From contig ML978124.1 of NCBI GenBank assembly GCA_010015805.1, forward strand, positions 2,046,001 to 2,110,000: a stretch of 64,000 bases of DNA, written 5' to 3'. Both the position numbers and the translations under genes were made by a program. This document shows positions 35,746 through 51,238 of this stretch, piece by piece. The first letter of the stretch is position 1. Each line of letters starts with the position of its first letter. Source of the stretch: Rhizodiscina lignyota. Its lineage: Eukaryota. The notes beneath the pieces were generated by a model. The model worked only from the letters and a program-made list of their open reading frames with translations. It made no database searches and had not been told where the DNA came from.

Positions 35746-38700
35746 TTAACCGTCCATATCAACGTCGCCATCCCCATCGAAGCCATTCGCACCTTCACCG
35801 AACCCCTCGTCATCTTCTTCAATCTCTTCCCCAAAGTCCTCGTCCTCGTAGTCGTCCTCATCTGCACCGACAAGCTGCCCATTCCCGTTGACACCCTCCG
35901 CTGCAGCTCCAGCCTGGTTCCGCTGCAGCCGGTCCAGTTCCGTCTCGTCAATGGCCTTGTAACTAGGCTCGATAATCGTATAGACGAACTCTTTCAAGGC
36001 CTCAGTTTCCTCGGCCTCCTTGCTAGCGGCCTTGACTGCTTCTTCGGTGGCGATGGTGTCGACGCTCTTCCACCACTGTTCCAGTCCAGCTTCATTGATG
36101 TATGAATCGAGAATCGCGTCATCGGCTGCATTATCACGCGCAATACTTTCGGCGAGCTCCTCGTTGGAGAAACGGGATGCAAGATCTGCGGACCGCGAAC
36201 ACGCTTGTAGAGCAGATCGGGGAGGGAGGGCCTGGAAGGAAGGCGCTGTGTCCCAGAGGGCTGTGACAAGTATGTTAGTACATTGGTGCAGAGCAGCCAA
36301 CAAATCAAAAGACCTACCAAGAATCTTGCCCTCTTTCAGAGTCCCAAAAAGCACCGTCTCTTTCAGCATCTCCGCGATGTTTCCATCAGTCATCCCATCC
36401 GCTTGCTGCACTAAGTTCATCCACTCATCTCTCACAAAGCATCTCTTCCAAATCAGCCTTAGCAAGTTTTCATGTTTGGCAGTGTTGGTCTCTGCCAACC
36501 CACTTGCGTCGAGCACCTGCAGTGCCATAACGAACTCTTTACCAGCAATATCATCCGCGTCAACGTCGCACGGTACCCTGTCCATCAGCGTGAGAATATC
36601 GATGAGTAGCTCAGGGGACAGGACGCGGTGGTTGAGTACTTCGTCAAATCCTGCCTTCAATATCTCCCCTAGAGCAGGCTGCATCCCATCCCGGCCAATG
36701 AACCGGCTGCCGTAAGTCTGGATCATGATATCGGGAACGGAATTCGCATCGACAGCATAGATGGCGGTGTGCTTGATGTGATTATAAAGCTTGCTTTGCA
36801 GTCTTGACAAGCTCAGTTGTTTGTCAATTTTCGCCGACTGCGAGGTTCCACCAAGGGCAAGGCTCGTCAACTTCGCCAAGCTGAGTTCCACGTTCTTCGC
36901 CCAAGCATTCGTCTCCTGTCCCGTCGCTGCTTCGAGGAGCGCCTTTTCAGCACGGGGAAGATCCTTCTCAACCGTGACTTCGTTCAACCAGCTCAGCTTG
37001 GCGCGTTGTGAGTTGCCGCGCAGATAGTGTGCAAGAGCCTCTTTCGTGCCGTACTGCTTGTCTAGTAGCTCGGAGAACATCTCTTGCTTGGCTTCACGTT
37101 CGTAAAATTCTTCAGCCCACTTCTCGCCGAACCTGTGGAAATACCCCAGAACTTGTTTCTTCAGCTCCTCGAATTTTCGTTCTGCGAGTTGCTTCTCACT
37201 CGGATCGAGGTCCTGATTGTCCGGGTTCAGGGGATCGTAGTATCTCAGCTCATCCAAGCTCAACACAACCAACGACCCGAGATCGTGGTATTTTTCTGCG
37301 AGCTCCATTCCCTTGCTCGCCTGTCCCACTTTAGCCAAACCCGTAATCAGGGCCGGTTGAATCTCTTTTTCGAACTGTTGCTTCCATCTATTGCCCGCGG
37401 CCTTGCTCTTCTCGTCGTCGTGGCTGAGCAACCAGCTGGTGCGCTCCTTATGCGCTCGGCACGTAATGTCGACCATCTTTGGGTTCTCTTCTGCAGCTTT
37501 CTTCGCCTTCCCTGTGTCGTCGTTTTCCTCGCTAATTTGGAGCGCCAAGAGACGCGCAAAGTCCGTGAGCTGCCGCACCGCGTTCACGACACTCAGCCTA
37601 CTCGTCCATATCTCAGGTAAGCCTTTGTAGCCTTTCGTTAGGATGCCGTCTTCCATCGATTCAGACACAATACCGAATTGTAACGCGTTCTTTTGACGGA
37701 AGTCGAAGGCTGTAGACAGTGTCGCGAACGCAATTTCATCGGCCTCGTCACACAATGTGAGCATCCTCTTTTCGTTCTTCCCTCCCGATTTCCACATTTC
37801 CTGAATTGTCTGGAATGCCCATGGTAGGATCTTCTCCATGCTCCTCGCGTCTTGAACGAACCACTGTCTCAGGTCTGATTCGCCAGACTTGCTCGCCTTT
37901 TGAAGTTTCTCGTTCACGAAGTCGATTATTTCGACGAGTAACGGCCGATCCTCCGGGCCGAGTTCCTTCAATCGAGCTTCATGTCCACGCCATACCCCCC
38001 GAGCGGCAGTAATCTTCTCGGCGTCCCAGAGAACCTGAAATTTCACAATTCGCGAAACCTCAACGTAAGTATTGTTCACGAACTGCGAGAGAGAGACCAA
38101 TGCAGCAGCGCGGAATGCCAGCTGCTCATCGGCCGACTGCGCAATCGGTGGAATATATTCGGACGAGGACGTCAAAATATCGTGGCTGACTCTTAGAACG
38201 GCTTTCTCAACTTCCTCCAAGGCGAAGGGATAGTAAGGCTTGCTGCCGAGATTGAAGATGTTGTTGCTGATAGGGCCGAAGTAGATCGCCTGTTCGATCT
38301 TCGTACGCGCGGAGGTATGTGATTCCTTCCAAGTGGACAAGTCTTCCACTGTAGCTCGCGCGACCCCGAAGCCCTTTGTAAACAGTAGGCAATTGGATGC
38401 TCGAGCTTTGCCGACTGGCTGTTCGACAGACGTTGCAAGTAGCTTACAGCTAGCCGTGTCCTTCAGTTGAATTACGTCCTGGAAGTAAGAACGGTGGCCT
38501 CGATGGCTGGCACCTGCTATGATGGACGAGATGATTAGAGTCGTCGGGAAAATTGCAAATGCTGTATGTCCTGGTTGCGGGACGAGCAATCTGGCCCTAT
38601 CCACCGATTTCACCAAAGCAGGCGCGCGATAGCCTTGCACGACAATGAGCTCCCCAATCCTGATCGTACTCTCGCCAAGTAGCAGCTCGACCAGAGCGTA

Positions 38701-40000
38701 CCTAGAGCTATTAGACGTCCCAATGGCGACGAGGACCAGGAGGCTGTTGCTGGGATCGGTGTCGAAGGCTGAGGTATCCTCTTTGAAGAGTTGCTCGGAG
38801 AGAATGGCGAAGTCCATCACCCTGAACGCTTCATCAGGCTGCATGTTCACATCTTCGTCCTCTCGAAGGACGTCTGCGAGGATCCTGTGAGCATCCGTCT
38901 CACGCCTGAAGGTTTGCTGGCCAGCCCAGCTCACATCCCACTCGAAGACTTGGCCCTTTTCAGTCATCGCAACAGCGTCCATGTGTCCCTTGAGAGAAGA
39001 TGTACTCATCTTGACCGAAACCAAGTCACTTCGGATCCAGCTGTCCCTCCAAACTCTCTTGAGGCTACCGAAGATCCCTCCTCTGTATGGGTCATCGTTG
39101 CGGAGGAACTGCGCGTTGATCTTCGGTTGGCCTTGTATATCCCGGATCGTGAAATGTGCGATGCGTCCAGTGGAGAAACGGATTAAGAATCCTGCATGCT
39201 CAGCACTGATCAGTTCGACCACAGTCTCGCCTGACAGCGTGTTACCAGCCGAGCCTTCAACGCCTTGCTGCCGTTGGCTGAACAGTACGACTGAGTCGGC
39301 AAACTCCACATTCTCCCAGTATGTTATCTTGCCAGAGGCAGCCGAAACAACGACGAGGCCAATGTCCGTAGAGCCGCTAGAAGTGATAAGTGCGCCGAAC
39401 GGTAGAGGTTCTGCATGCTTGAATGGTTGTGGGAAGGTGAATGTTCGTGGAGTTGGAGAGGCGAAAGAGGCCGCGTAGTCCCAGATCAAGGCCCGAGTAT
39501 GCGTCAAGGCGAGCGCCTGCGACGTAGCAGTGTGAATGTATGCCCGATAATCTCCTGAAAGAGTTCAGTTTAAACATTCCGGAATGGGTTTGTGAAGCGG
39601 CTCGGATGCATCACATACCGATGTCTCCCTCTCTCAGACTCTCAGGGAAAGCTGGTAGGCCCTTCACAACATATGCTCCAGTGTTGGTCAACACTGTACT
39701 CGTGTCCAATCTTGCACCTCGTCTTCCCTTGGTCTCTACCTTCTTTTCCCGCTCTCGCAGTGGCATTTTGTAAGTCGTCTTCCCTTGTGCATTAACATTC
39801 CCATTAAGCCCACCCTCCGCCTCCGAGTTTTCCCCTGACGGCACAATAAACACCTCCTCGGTGATTTTGCTCCGCTTGCGCTGTGGTTGCTTTATGCTCC
39901 CACTGTCATGGCTGTCGCGCTGGCGTCGACGCGGATTGCGCGTCGAGGTCGAGCCGACAGAGGTCTGCGATTGCGCGCTTGTGTCGGCGGGAGAAGCCAT
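35746..40000 (-). CDS. NUP133: Nucleoporin Nup133, at least 3 exons
   Basis: About 1350 aa; ALALTHTRALIWDY, PLPFG, GLVVVSAASGKITYWENV (beta-propeller); helical C-terminus LAEKYHD..SLV, KLSWLNE, ELSLAKL, LIDILTLMD, IWKRCFVRDEW. Confidence 0.9.
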
Positions 40001-40765
40001 GGTGGTGAGCGAGAGCGCAAGGAACGCGCTGCAGCGGTGGTGGATGAGGAGAAGAGGATGTTTGATTTTAAGTTGTTTATTGGTAGCTTTACAAAGCCGG
40101 GGTGCAGCTTTCACTCGGAGATGCCAAGGCGACAGGGATGTGCTGGTGGATCACCAGGAACGATCACAAGTAAATACTCGAACTTGAAGGATCCTCGAAC
40201 AGGTATAAAACTCAACTTGAGTGTTCGGATACTCAGTGTTGAAAATACTACATGAAGATCTGGATTCACCACATAGTAACACAGTTAGCTCTCATCTCTC
40301 CGCTGAAGGTGGATATTTGCAGGGAGCGTCAGGTACTGTACCCAATCTTGGGTGCTGTCGTACCTGGGAAATTGGTAGTCTAACCACCCAATGTCTATGT
40401 CTCTGGAGTCCATAAACTACTACATCCGCTCTCACATCTACCTATCCACCTTAAAATATTTTGCACCGTAATCCAGACATCTCAGGTTCTTGCTAGAAGT
40501 TTGATAACTCGTCTTACCTTTAGATATCTTGCGGGGCCAGGAACGAAAAGAAAAAGATATGCTAATAGCGAAGTCTGCGGAATTATTTAGATGCAATAGC
40601 AGGTTGTCAATTTAGACTAGCCACATAGTCTACCAGAGTACCGATGAAGTGCTTCCACTAGCGAACCAACGAATAAAAATCGATATGTCGAAGGCTCAGG
40701 GGCAGTACAGAGCATAATGGTACAGAACTCATATGAACGATTTTTCATTATCAGGAAGCTGCTCT

Positions 40766-42901
40766 CTATGGTGAATGAGCCGCCACAGGTTCAGCATGGT
40801 CTCTTCGTAACCCCGCAATGCCATCCTTTGCTTGAAAGTATGCTTCTTTTGCACGGTTCCCGGACCATTTAGCAGTGAACAAAATGCCTTGACCAATGGC
40901 TCTGGCTATCGTTCCACCAAGAATGGGATTCTGTGTGCTGTCTGACTCCTCATGACCGGCGTTGGACGACGGACTCTTTACTTCCATGCTCAAAATCCCA
41001 ATTAATGGGCAGAGAACCAATACAAAAACCAACCAAAATAAATTGATGTTCGTATAGCCTGTTGTCTTGTACTTGAATCGTTTGCAAAGATGGCCCTTCG
41101 CGACTGTCGGCGTCACCTCGTGATACCCTGGACGGTCTCGGTCCTCGCCGGTTGCAATGCTCATTGCATCCCACTGGATTCTAGCGAGAGAGGTTGCGAA
41201 AAGATTCTGTAGTTCCACGACCCATTGATTCGAATCGAGTGGCCTCGAGATATACTCGCTAATCATTTCTTGAGCGCGCAATGCCGAACCTCGCCGCCAT
41301 TTGATGGAGTCGTAGATGTTGGAGTTCCCCAAAGAAAACTTCATGAGCCAGTAGGCGGGCTCTCTCATGACCTCTAAAGGCTCCTCGTCTGTCATAGACC
41401 AGCATTTGTCGCCACTTGGGGAGCAGAGCTCCGTTGTGTCGACGCAGCCAAGTGCACGAGCTCGAGGCTCAGAATTATAATACAACGCTCTTCTTGAACC
41501 ATCGAAATCATCTCTTTGTAGTGCCGGAAATATCGGGTCATAACTGGCTTGCAGGTGATAGATTCGAGCAGACGAGACAAATAGAATGGTGGCAGTGCTG
41601 CCAGGTGGGCGTGCGAGCGCAGGTATGGGGGTCCAAGCATCTTCGTCGGGATATAAAGAGGAGAAATACGTGCTATATTACCCTGTTAGCAGGATAGGGA
41701 CTCTTTAGTTCCGGGTTACTAAAGCATACTCTGCAATATAGACAGGCACTATGTAATCAAATGGATCCCCGATGGTGTAGTAAGTGTACGTGGCACCGTT
41801 ACCAGACCCGTAATAGTATAGGTATTCTGTTTCGTCGTCATAACTTTCGTCGGTTGCCGTAATGAAAGTTGAATTCATTTGCAGCGGAGAACAAGTTGAA
41901 GTTCGGCGAAACTTATAGGCCATGCCATCGTTGATGCCAATGACGCCAGCATCGACTAAGCCAGTGGTGATAGTTATCGCCGACTCCGGTCCTCCCAGAC
42001 ACATGTCTTTCGATACAAATGGACATTTTTCGTTAAACTTTGTGCTGAACGATACGCTTTGGTTATAGAAGAAATTGCACCCGAGTGAAAGATTCTTCGC
42101 CACAAGTGGATGGCATTCCTTTGCGTAATTAGCCGCACGTGCTTCCTTTGCGTATCCGCTTAGGTAGTCGATGTCTTGATGTTCTTGGCTTGCATCTGAA
42201 GGCAGCTCCCATATACCACACCTTTTCGATGCGGAGAGTGCGGTAGGACTTGACGCAATATCCGATGAAAGGATTCCGCCAATCGCTGACGCGGCAGCAA
42301 CAGCAATCAGAGCTACGCCAAGAAAGACTACTGGAGTCTTTCTCGACCAATGTTCGCGGTCGAGAGCGAGAGTCTTGGAGGCATTGAAAAGGTAGTCGCG
42401 TGTGCTTTGTGCAGGAAGCAATAATCTTTCTACAGAACCGTTGGACTCAGGTGCATTGCTGGAGACACTACCACGTCCGAGCGATCGGTCTTGAACAAGC
42501 CTCTCATCCGCAATGTCTCCATTTCGATCGTCTCGCCTTGGATCATCGTTCGCTCCATCTTCGCCAAAGGTGCCATACCGGTCTACACGGGGGAGCAGGG
42601 ACTGATATTCTTCTCTTTCAGTCGACCGAGCAGCGGTACGACCGAGATTGTATCTTAACTTCCTGTATGTCCAGTAGCACAGATGCTTGCTGATTTCAAA
42701 TAGATACGGGGCAAAGAAGGTAATATATATCGAAACGAATGATGTTATAGCGCGGGCTGCGAAGTCGGTGACAAGGATTTGAGAACCTCATTGGAATCAG
42801 CGGGATTACCGAGAAGCCTTGAATGTTGGAGTGGTACCTGAAAGCCATCCACGACTATAATCGCGCCAAAAGCCAGTCTGCGGAGAAATATTCGTTGCCA
42901 T
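40766..42901 (-). CDS. Hypothetical multi-TM fungal membrane protein, 3 exons (intron 42787-42837 and one at ~41678-41730)
   Basis: Exon 1 MATNISPQTGFWRDYSRGWLSG; exon 2 open from 42786 through ORF 41705-42421 (TM, CGIW, CPF...C, FRRTSTCSPL); exon 3 DPIFPA...LGC...QW..E...LF..SLA.IQ plus C-terminal TM. Confidence 0.75.
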
Positions 42902-44068
42902 TAACTGTGCTTTTCATGAAGAGCGCGGAGGGAATTTGCCTGCCACTTCCTACGAAAGCGTACGTTTCTATGAGCATAGAAGGAATTGAAAATATAACTG
43001 GGAGTTCCATAGAAATTGAAATCGGTTTCAGCCTGGTTGAACTCTTTACAAGGTAAGAACGTCGCAATGCGTTTGCCTGCGTGGCTGATTCATGTGGAAG
43101 CCTCAATGACCCCGAACAGCTGGACTCAGCCACATTTAAGGCGCGCCAACAGGAATACGATCCTAGCACTTTATTGAGGCGTTAAGGCAATCAATAACTG
43201 CTCAAAGCAGAAAGGTGGGCAAGGAAAGGAGCGACATCTGATTTGCAACATTCGCGAAGGCCACGGGAGGCGATATATGGTGATCGTTCAGAGAGATGAG
43301 AGTCCGGTGGAGCGTTCATCCAGTAATCTAGTGACCAAGAGACCTTACCACTTTCATACGATGACATGTAATCTAGGGAATAAACGAAATACAACGGAAT
43401 GCGTCTCTCATTTTTATTGTACCTAGAACGAACATGACATGAAGTGCAATCAAAGTTTTTAAAATCTCACAATACGATAATCTGTGTCGGCCCGAGCGGG
43501 GAGGATCCTCAAAGATTTGCACTCAGATCAAAAGGCCTTCTCACCTTCCTTTTTCTCGTTCCATTTACTACTGTACAGTAGCGTCTGAAGGAGAAGTAAA
43601 CCCATGATTGTGCACATAGCACAACGGGACAGAATTTTTAACAGTTGAAGACTAAAGCGGAATGGTTCTCATCCCTCAGTACAATCTCAGTCTCCTATCT
43701 CTATGTCGCAAACATGTGTTGCATCTCCATCCGCAAAACAATTGGCCCCATCTAGGATTCAATATTGCTGCACATGCTCTTCGTATTTGAACTTTGAGCC
43801 ACGAGGCTGAGCCAATTCCTGACTTGATCTATTAGGTTGATCCCACCCTATCGAGTGCTGTGCCACAGTTTGGTGCGGCCTTGGAAAAGGCCGAAGCTGA
43901 GCCCCAGCACTTTGCGAAGTTTTACAATGCCTTGATCTGCTTCAATTCCGTTCCGACCCTTATTTCAATTTTTATCTCGAGCCTTCATCTGTAATATGAT
44001 TGATATTCTTAGTCGCAAGGGATCTCTGCTGCTCCAAGTCGCAAAAGTTTCATCCTTCCGCCGTCGAG

Positions 44069-45584
44069 ATGTCCGGCACCTTGATCGATATCGACCACCT
44101 CCCCGGATCCTTACCCCACAATTCCCTAGATTCATATCAGGAACTCTTAGAGGAATGGAAGTACTTTGATGACACACCTGAGGGGCTCGGGCGTCGAAAT
44201 TCATACACCATTGATCGGCGCAACGAAAATGGCCATGGGTACATTGATGTTGAATGCCTGGACGCACCAAATCCATCATCACCGTTGAAGCTCGTTCATG
44301 TCGCTGCGTACAACTCGAAAATTCTTAACAGAGGTGTGGAGGGCGAGCTCGGTAGCTCGGAGTGTATGACAGACGATAAGAGAAAAATCACATGGATCCT
44401 ACAAACCGATAATGACTGGCAGCGGCATGAAGCCGAGCGGCGAGGACGAGCGGCAGAAGGGCAAGACCGATTGAGGAGGAGGAAGCATAGTCACAAAGCA
44501 TCTACGTTACCACAATCATCATTTCGTCCCGGGATGATCAACTCCGCAACGTGTGTACGGTGTGCCAATATAAGGCAGGACGTGGCTGAAGGCCATATTC
44601 AAGTTCGAGTTGATCTCAAGACTAGGGCATTTGGTTGGCTATGGGACCCGGATTTTGAAAAGTTCCTTCCGATCCCTTTGCATGCTCTCAACGTCCGAGG
44701 TCTCATTTTGTGGCCAGGCCAAGATGGAAGACTTGTCATTCCGCTCAAGAACGACACAGTCATGGGCACCAAAACGCTTCTACTCGATTTACAACAGCAT
44801 AAAATCACACCTGCTAACGGTCATGGCGTATATTATGGGAATGTGAGAGAGCGTTCTATATCGCCACTCCTCTCGCCAAGCGTATCGCGACAAATGCGAG
44901 ATTTAAGTCTTGTCTACGAACCATCACCGGTCAATCATTACCATTGTTCCCGTTGTGGCTACAATCGAAATACCTTGGACACGCCAGCGTGCCTGCACTG
45001 CAGTTGGCCCCATTTAGAGAGACGCACCTCATTTGGGACCGCAGTGCAGTCGCCACCACCAACGAGGTCTTCCACGAGATCTCCAACACCAAGTCGACAA
45101 AGGTCACCAGAATCTCGGGCGAGAATCAGTGCGGTATCCCCAATGAGATCCGGGTCGAGGTCTTCCCGCCTTTTTGCCCGGATGCGGAGAATGACGGGAG
45201 GCTCGGATACTTCAAAACGACGATCAGTAGTCGTAGAAGGACGGAGACCTTCACGACAGGTTTCATTGGTGCCATCAGTATATAGTGTAAGTGTACCCTC
45301 GAAGTATCTGGGGATTGATAGCTGAGATTCACGACTATACGCAGCCTTCGATTTCGAACGTATCACATCGTCGTCACGAGATTTACGACATGGAAATACG
45401 AAGACTTCAAGAAGACCAAGCTCTTGAGGATGCAAGGAGACGAGCAGAAGCTGTCGAAAGGGACGCGAGAGCTAGAGATGGAATGGCACGTGCGAGGGAC
45501 GAGCGGCATATTGACCTGGCAGGGCTGGAGCTTCGCAACATCTCACCGAGGCAAGCTCGACGCCGTTCAGTGGTGGTTTTTTGA
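44069..45584 (+). CDS. Orphan hypothetical protein with CxxC pairs and Ser/Arg-rich tail, 2 exons (intron 45287-45344)
   Basis: Open frame of more than 400 codons; GTAAGT...GCTGAG...GCAG intron joins in frame to the charged helical ORF ending at 45584. Confidence 0.6.
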
Positions 45585-46357
45585 TCGGTTGCATTAGCTC
45601 AACACCCTAGTCGTCTCATCTCCCGCACATATATCGGGAAACCACTACGGAGTATCTTGATGGCAACAAGGTATGTCCGTTGTCACGATGGGTTGTGTGG
45701 CTCACAATAATAGTAATGCCGCAGAATTTGGGCCAAGAACGCCAGTCGTAGGCTGAATCTGGGCCGAAGAGGTCTTTTCCTCTCCCATACGATGTGGATC
45801 TGAGTTTCATGGCAGCGCTTCAAGATACATTGACGATTATCACGATGACGACTATTGTAGAAGCACTTTCCAGTCCGCAACCGTGGGATTGTGCACAGCG
45901 CGAACTTCGCAATTTTGTGTCTCAGACGGGGAGGATATTATTTTATAGCCAAGTTCGCTCCGTTTAAGGAGCATTTTCTTACGCTCAAACTGTAATGCAT
46001 CGACGCGTTTAAGCAAAACGAGAGATGCCTTTGTGCCCTCTCTACCATCAGATAACTTTCGCTGGCGTTTTCAGTCAAATGCATTTACTTAAAGCTGCCT
46101 CTGATGTGATATCTGCTATCGAAAATGCTACTGCCGCGGATGCCACAAGCCTTGTATGCATGTCGTGCGTCGTATCCAGTCGACTTGACTCGCCAATAGG
46201 ATTGACTGCTGCTTCTGTGCCATAAGGCTGTGTTCTACTCCTACCCCACCTCGAACTAAGCGATTGCTCTTCAGCCTTTCTGTCTTCCTCATCTCTGTTG
46301 AATTTGTTCTCTACGACGATATCAATTCGATCTCCAAAGATCTCTCATCCGACCAGA

Positions 46358-46549
46358 ATGTGGCCAGATGATTGGCAAAAGCACGAAGCCGAACGTAAAG
46401 GACGAGCCGCAAAGGGACAAGACCCGCTTAGGCAAAAGAAAGGCAGCAAGGTCTGCTGTGAGTGTCAATTCATATTCGTCAGTCCAGCTCTCGGAAAATG
46501 CCTAAAATGCGGCCATACTCCATGCGACGTTTGTCAGGAGTATTCCTAG
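46358..46549 (+). CDS. 63-aa Cys-rich microprotein (putative Zn-binding CCxC...CxxCxHxxCxxC)
   Basis: MWPDDWQKHEAERKGRAAKGQDPLRQKKGSKVCCECQFIFVSPALGKCLKCGHTPCDVCQEYS; shares a 24-aa motif with the upstream gene. Confidence 0.6.
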   Translation: MWPDDWQKHEAERKGRAAKGQDPLRQKKGSKVCCECQFIFVSPALGKCLKCGHTPCDVCQEYS

Positions 46550-46912
46550 CCTACCAAATGTACGCAAAAGCGTCACATATCACGGGTACATATCAACATT
46601 TCACTGAGAGACAATGTTCAGCTATCGAATGTCCACCGACACTCAAACCAAGGATGGATCATCATTTTAAAACGAGCAGACACCAAGAGACCTATCGCGT
46701 AAGTTCGCTTATCGTAGCACTCTTCTCGTTTACTGACATCTGAATCTAGAGTTGAAGTTAATATTGTTGCGGCTGAGTCAAGCGTTTCCGAATGGCAATG
46801 GAGTCCTATATTTATATCCCACTTCCGGCCTTGGGAATTCCAGGCCCATTTCTAGTTCACATGGTTAACGCCACTCAGCCACTCTTTGCAAAACAAATTC
46901 TGAAATGAGAAA

Positions 46913-47975
46913 TCACAGCTGGACGTCGTTGTTCAAGAGCCTCACTTCCTCACCGGGCTTGAATGCCGGGAGTCCAATGTATGGGCATCCGTCACATCTA
47001 AACGCGTCACCCAGCGCACAATTCCCACAGCTACCGACTTTCCCTTGAACTGTGAAGTCCACCTCCGCCAGATCGTCTGCGCCGAGCTTGATTGTGTTCA
47101 GCGCCTTGTCCGCATTCGCACGCTTCGTAGCGTCTTCGGCTTCGATCTTTTCTTTCAGACCACATGTACAGTCTTTGCAGGCGCGGCGGCGTTTGCCTGC
47201 CTTGGGACGGCATTCTGGCGCTGTGAGCTGTGTCAGTAATCCGAGAAGTATTACCGAGGGCATGTGAGTACGTACGTTGAATGATTGGCCTGGTCATGTC
47301 CTCTTCTGTGAGAAGCATATCCTCATCGATCAGCTCGTCATCCTCTCCAGTGACGAGTTCCAAATCGTCACTGAAATCCACAAAGCCCACACCCGCTGCA
47401 GGCTGGACAGGCATTGGTGTCTCCTCAACGTTCTTCCTCTTGCCATTGAGCGGCAGTGGCACACTGCCATTTGCAGCCATATTTTTATTTGTGCCCTTCT
47501 TGCCCAGCCGCAATGGGACAGCTGCTATGCCAGGGTCTGGCTTGACCATGCCGTCTCCGCCGTCTCCAACCAAACCAGCAAGAATGGCCTCCGTCTTCTC
47601 TGGCCCATCGACAGCGCCAAATTGTCCATCCTGACTCCTGAAGCGGCCTCCATTCTTTAGAGACTCTACCAATCGCCCCATCAACTCCCTGTCCAGAAGC
47701 TTCTGGCTTTCTGTCCGCGTGCCATCTGCGTCTGTGAGAAGGAGGACAACTTCGTACGTGGATGTAGGCAGTGATGCAAGGCCGATTGCAAGCCTATCTA
47801 GCATCTGAATGTCGGTGGAAGAACGGTCATGGGCCTCAACGACGCGTTCGAGGAGTTCAGGGTGCGCGGCGACCGAGGGTGGGGTGAGCAGAAGCGTTCG
47901 CGGGACATTTCCGGAGGCCTTAGATACGGGGATTTCGAAATCGTTTGTATCGTCTAGCATTACGAAGGGCGCCAT
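46913..47975 (-). CDS. DRE2: Fe-S cluster assembly protein Dre2 (anamorsin), 2 exons
   Basis: [80 protein letters not shown]. Confidence 0.96.
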
Positions 47976-48669
47976 TGTGATGGATATCGGGTGTCTGAGG
48001 TTCTAGAGGAGCTCGTTGTAGTGCTCGGTAAAGACGGAGAAGGAGAAAGATATGTAGGCGGAAGGGTCTGGTGAGTGAACGGCGACGAGTCAATTTCTCA
48101 GCAATGACAAGCCACTCGCGCGCGGTACGTTTCCACGGGAAAGCCATTCCCATTCAGGATAAAGTTTTGGGTGGCGTCATTGTGCGGATGTGCGGCTCTT
48201 TCACGTCCATCTCCGACATCGCGATTTTCAACATCGATTGCTCCTCATTATTCATGAACATACTACCACTATAGGTGAATTGCCTGGAGCAAAATATACA
48301 GCCTCATTAAGCGTCTATCCAAATGCTATGCTTCAAGCTCTGCCAACCAATAGGCGCCGAACACTTCATAGGCAAACAACGGCTATATGCCTGCCCTTCG
48401 TTCACCAGCAAGCCCTCGCCTACCTTGTCACGATCTAAATGGTGAATCTGCTTGTAGCGCTTTTACAATCATGTGCTGTTAGATGTGCTGCCCTTTGGTG
48501 GCATTCTGTATTTATTCTGTGCGACTTGACTCCCTTACTTTGACTACACTCCACAATAAGCGGTAGGGGCCATTGTTCTATTGTAATAACTTTTCGACAT
48601 ATCCACTCCAGCCTTTGAATAACTTTCTATTGTCTGCCTTTCTCATTGTCAGATTTTTCGTTTCTTCAT

Positions 48670-49428
48670 ATGCCTTGTAATAAACGGAAAGGACTAGTTT
48701 CAATGCTCATCGATGAAATGCTCGACGAGCTGGAGTTACAACCTAAGATCTCTACACGATCCGAGAGCCCTTCTTCGAACTACGATACAGATCAAATGCC
48801 CACGATGTACTCCACTGCTTCACCTTGTTCTTCTACATTGCGGACAGGAGCTTCCGCGAGAATTCCTTTTCTGGAAACATCATATCAAGATACCGCCAGC
48901 GAAAGACCAACAGGAAGACTGCTACAAACAGCAACGCGACCAACAGCACTAGGTCACCGCAGGGCAGCGACTTCACCCAACCTCCAGAAGCCTCTTCCAC
49001 CAATTCCAAGACCTTCAATGTGGACTTGGTCTCAGTGTTTCAAACCGCCTTCAGATACCAACGACTCCGTCCCACTGCTCAACAACATGCCAGTACCAGC
49101 GGAATTCGCCTCACGACCACCATGCGTCGCAGGTCAATCGTATCTCCAGCTACCACAGGCTCAAGAGCAAGCTAAGAGACAGAGCTGTCTCCTGCCAGAA
49201 GAACGTGTGAGACGATGGCGAGAAGAGCACTGGCTTCAAGAGCCGCAGAGTGTATGGGAGCACGATGACGAGGACCAGGACGACGAGCCAGAATTTCCCA
49301 AGAAAGATCAGAGAAGGGCACATTGGAAGTTGTCGCGTGATATGCTTGCACGAGGCATTAGAGGAGTGCGTACATTGTCTCCGGCCCGCTTTAGGCGATC
49401 TGATCCGGGCGTCCAACAACTTCACTAA
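48670..49428 (+). CDS. Hypothetical disordered protein
   Basis: Open frame of about 250 codons in an otherwise intergenic gap; KPLPPIP and SVWEHDDED motifs; no recognised domain; start uncertain. Confidence 0.45.
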   Translation: MPCNKRKGLVSMLIDEMLDELELQPKISTRSESPSSNYDTDQMPTMYSTASPCSSTLRTGASARIPFLETSYQDTASERPTGRLLQTATRPTALGHRRAATSPNLQKPLPPIPRPSMWTWSQCFKPPSDTNDSVPLLNNMPVPAEFASRPPCVAGQSYLQLPQAQEQAKRQSCLLPEERVRRWREEHWLQEPQSVWEHDDEDQDDEPEFPKKDQRRAHWKLSRDMLARGIRGVRTLSPARFRRSDPGVQQLH

Positions 49429-49555
49429 GGAAAGTGAACATCGGGTAGGAATGGATCGGGAGTACAGAGGATGCTGAATAGGTCACATTCTACTTTGGTT
49501 GTATCTATCATTCCTCGGGCGTTTATCCTTGCGCCATTTTGCCTGTACGTAGGAT

Positions 49556-51238
<1,683 letters not shown>

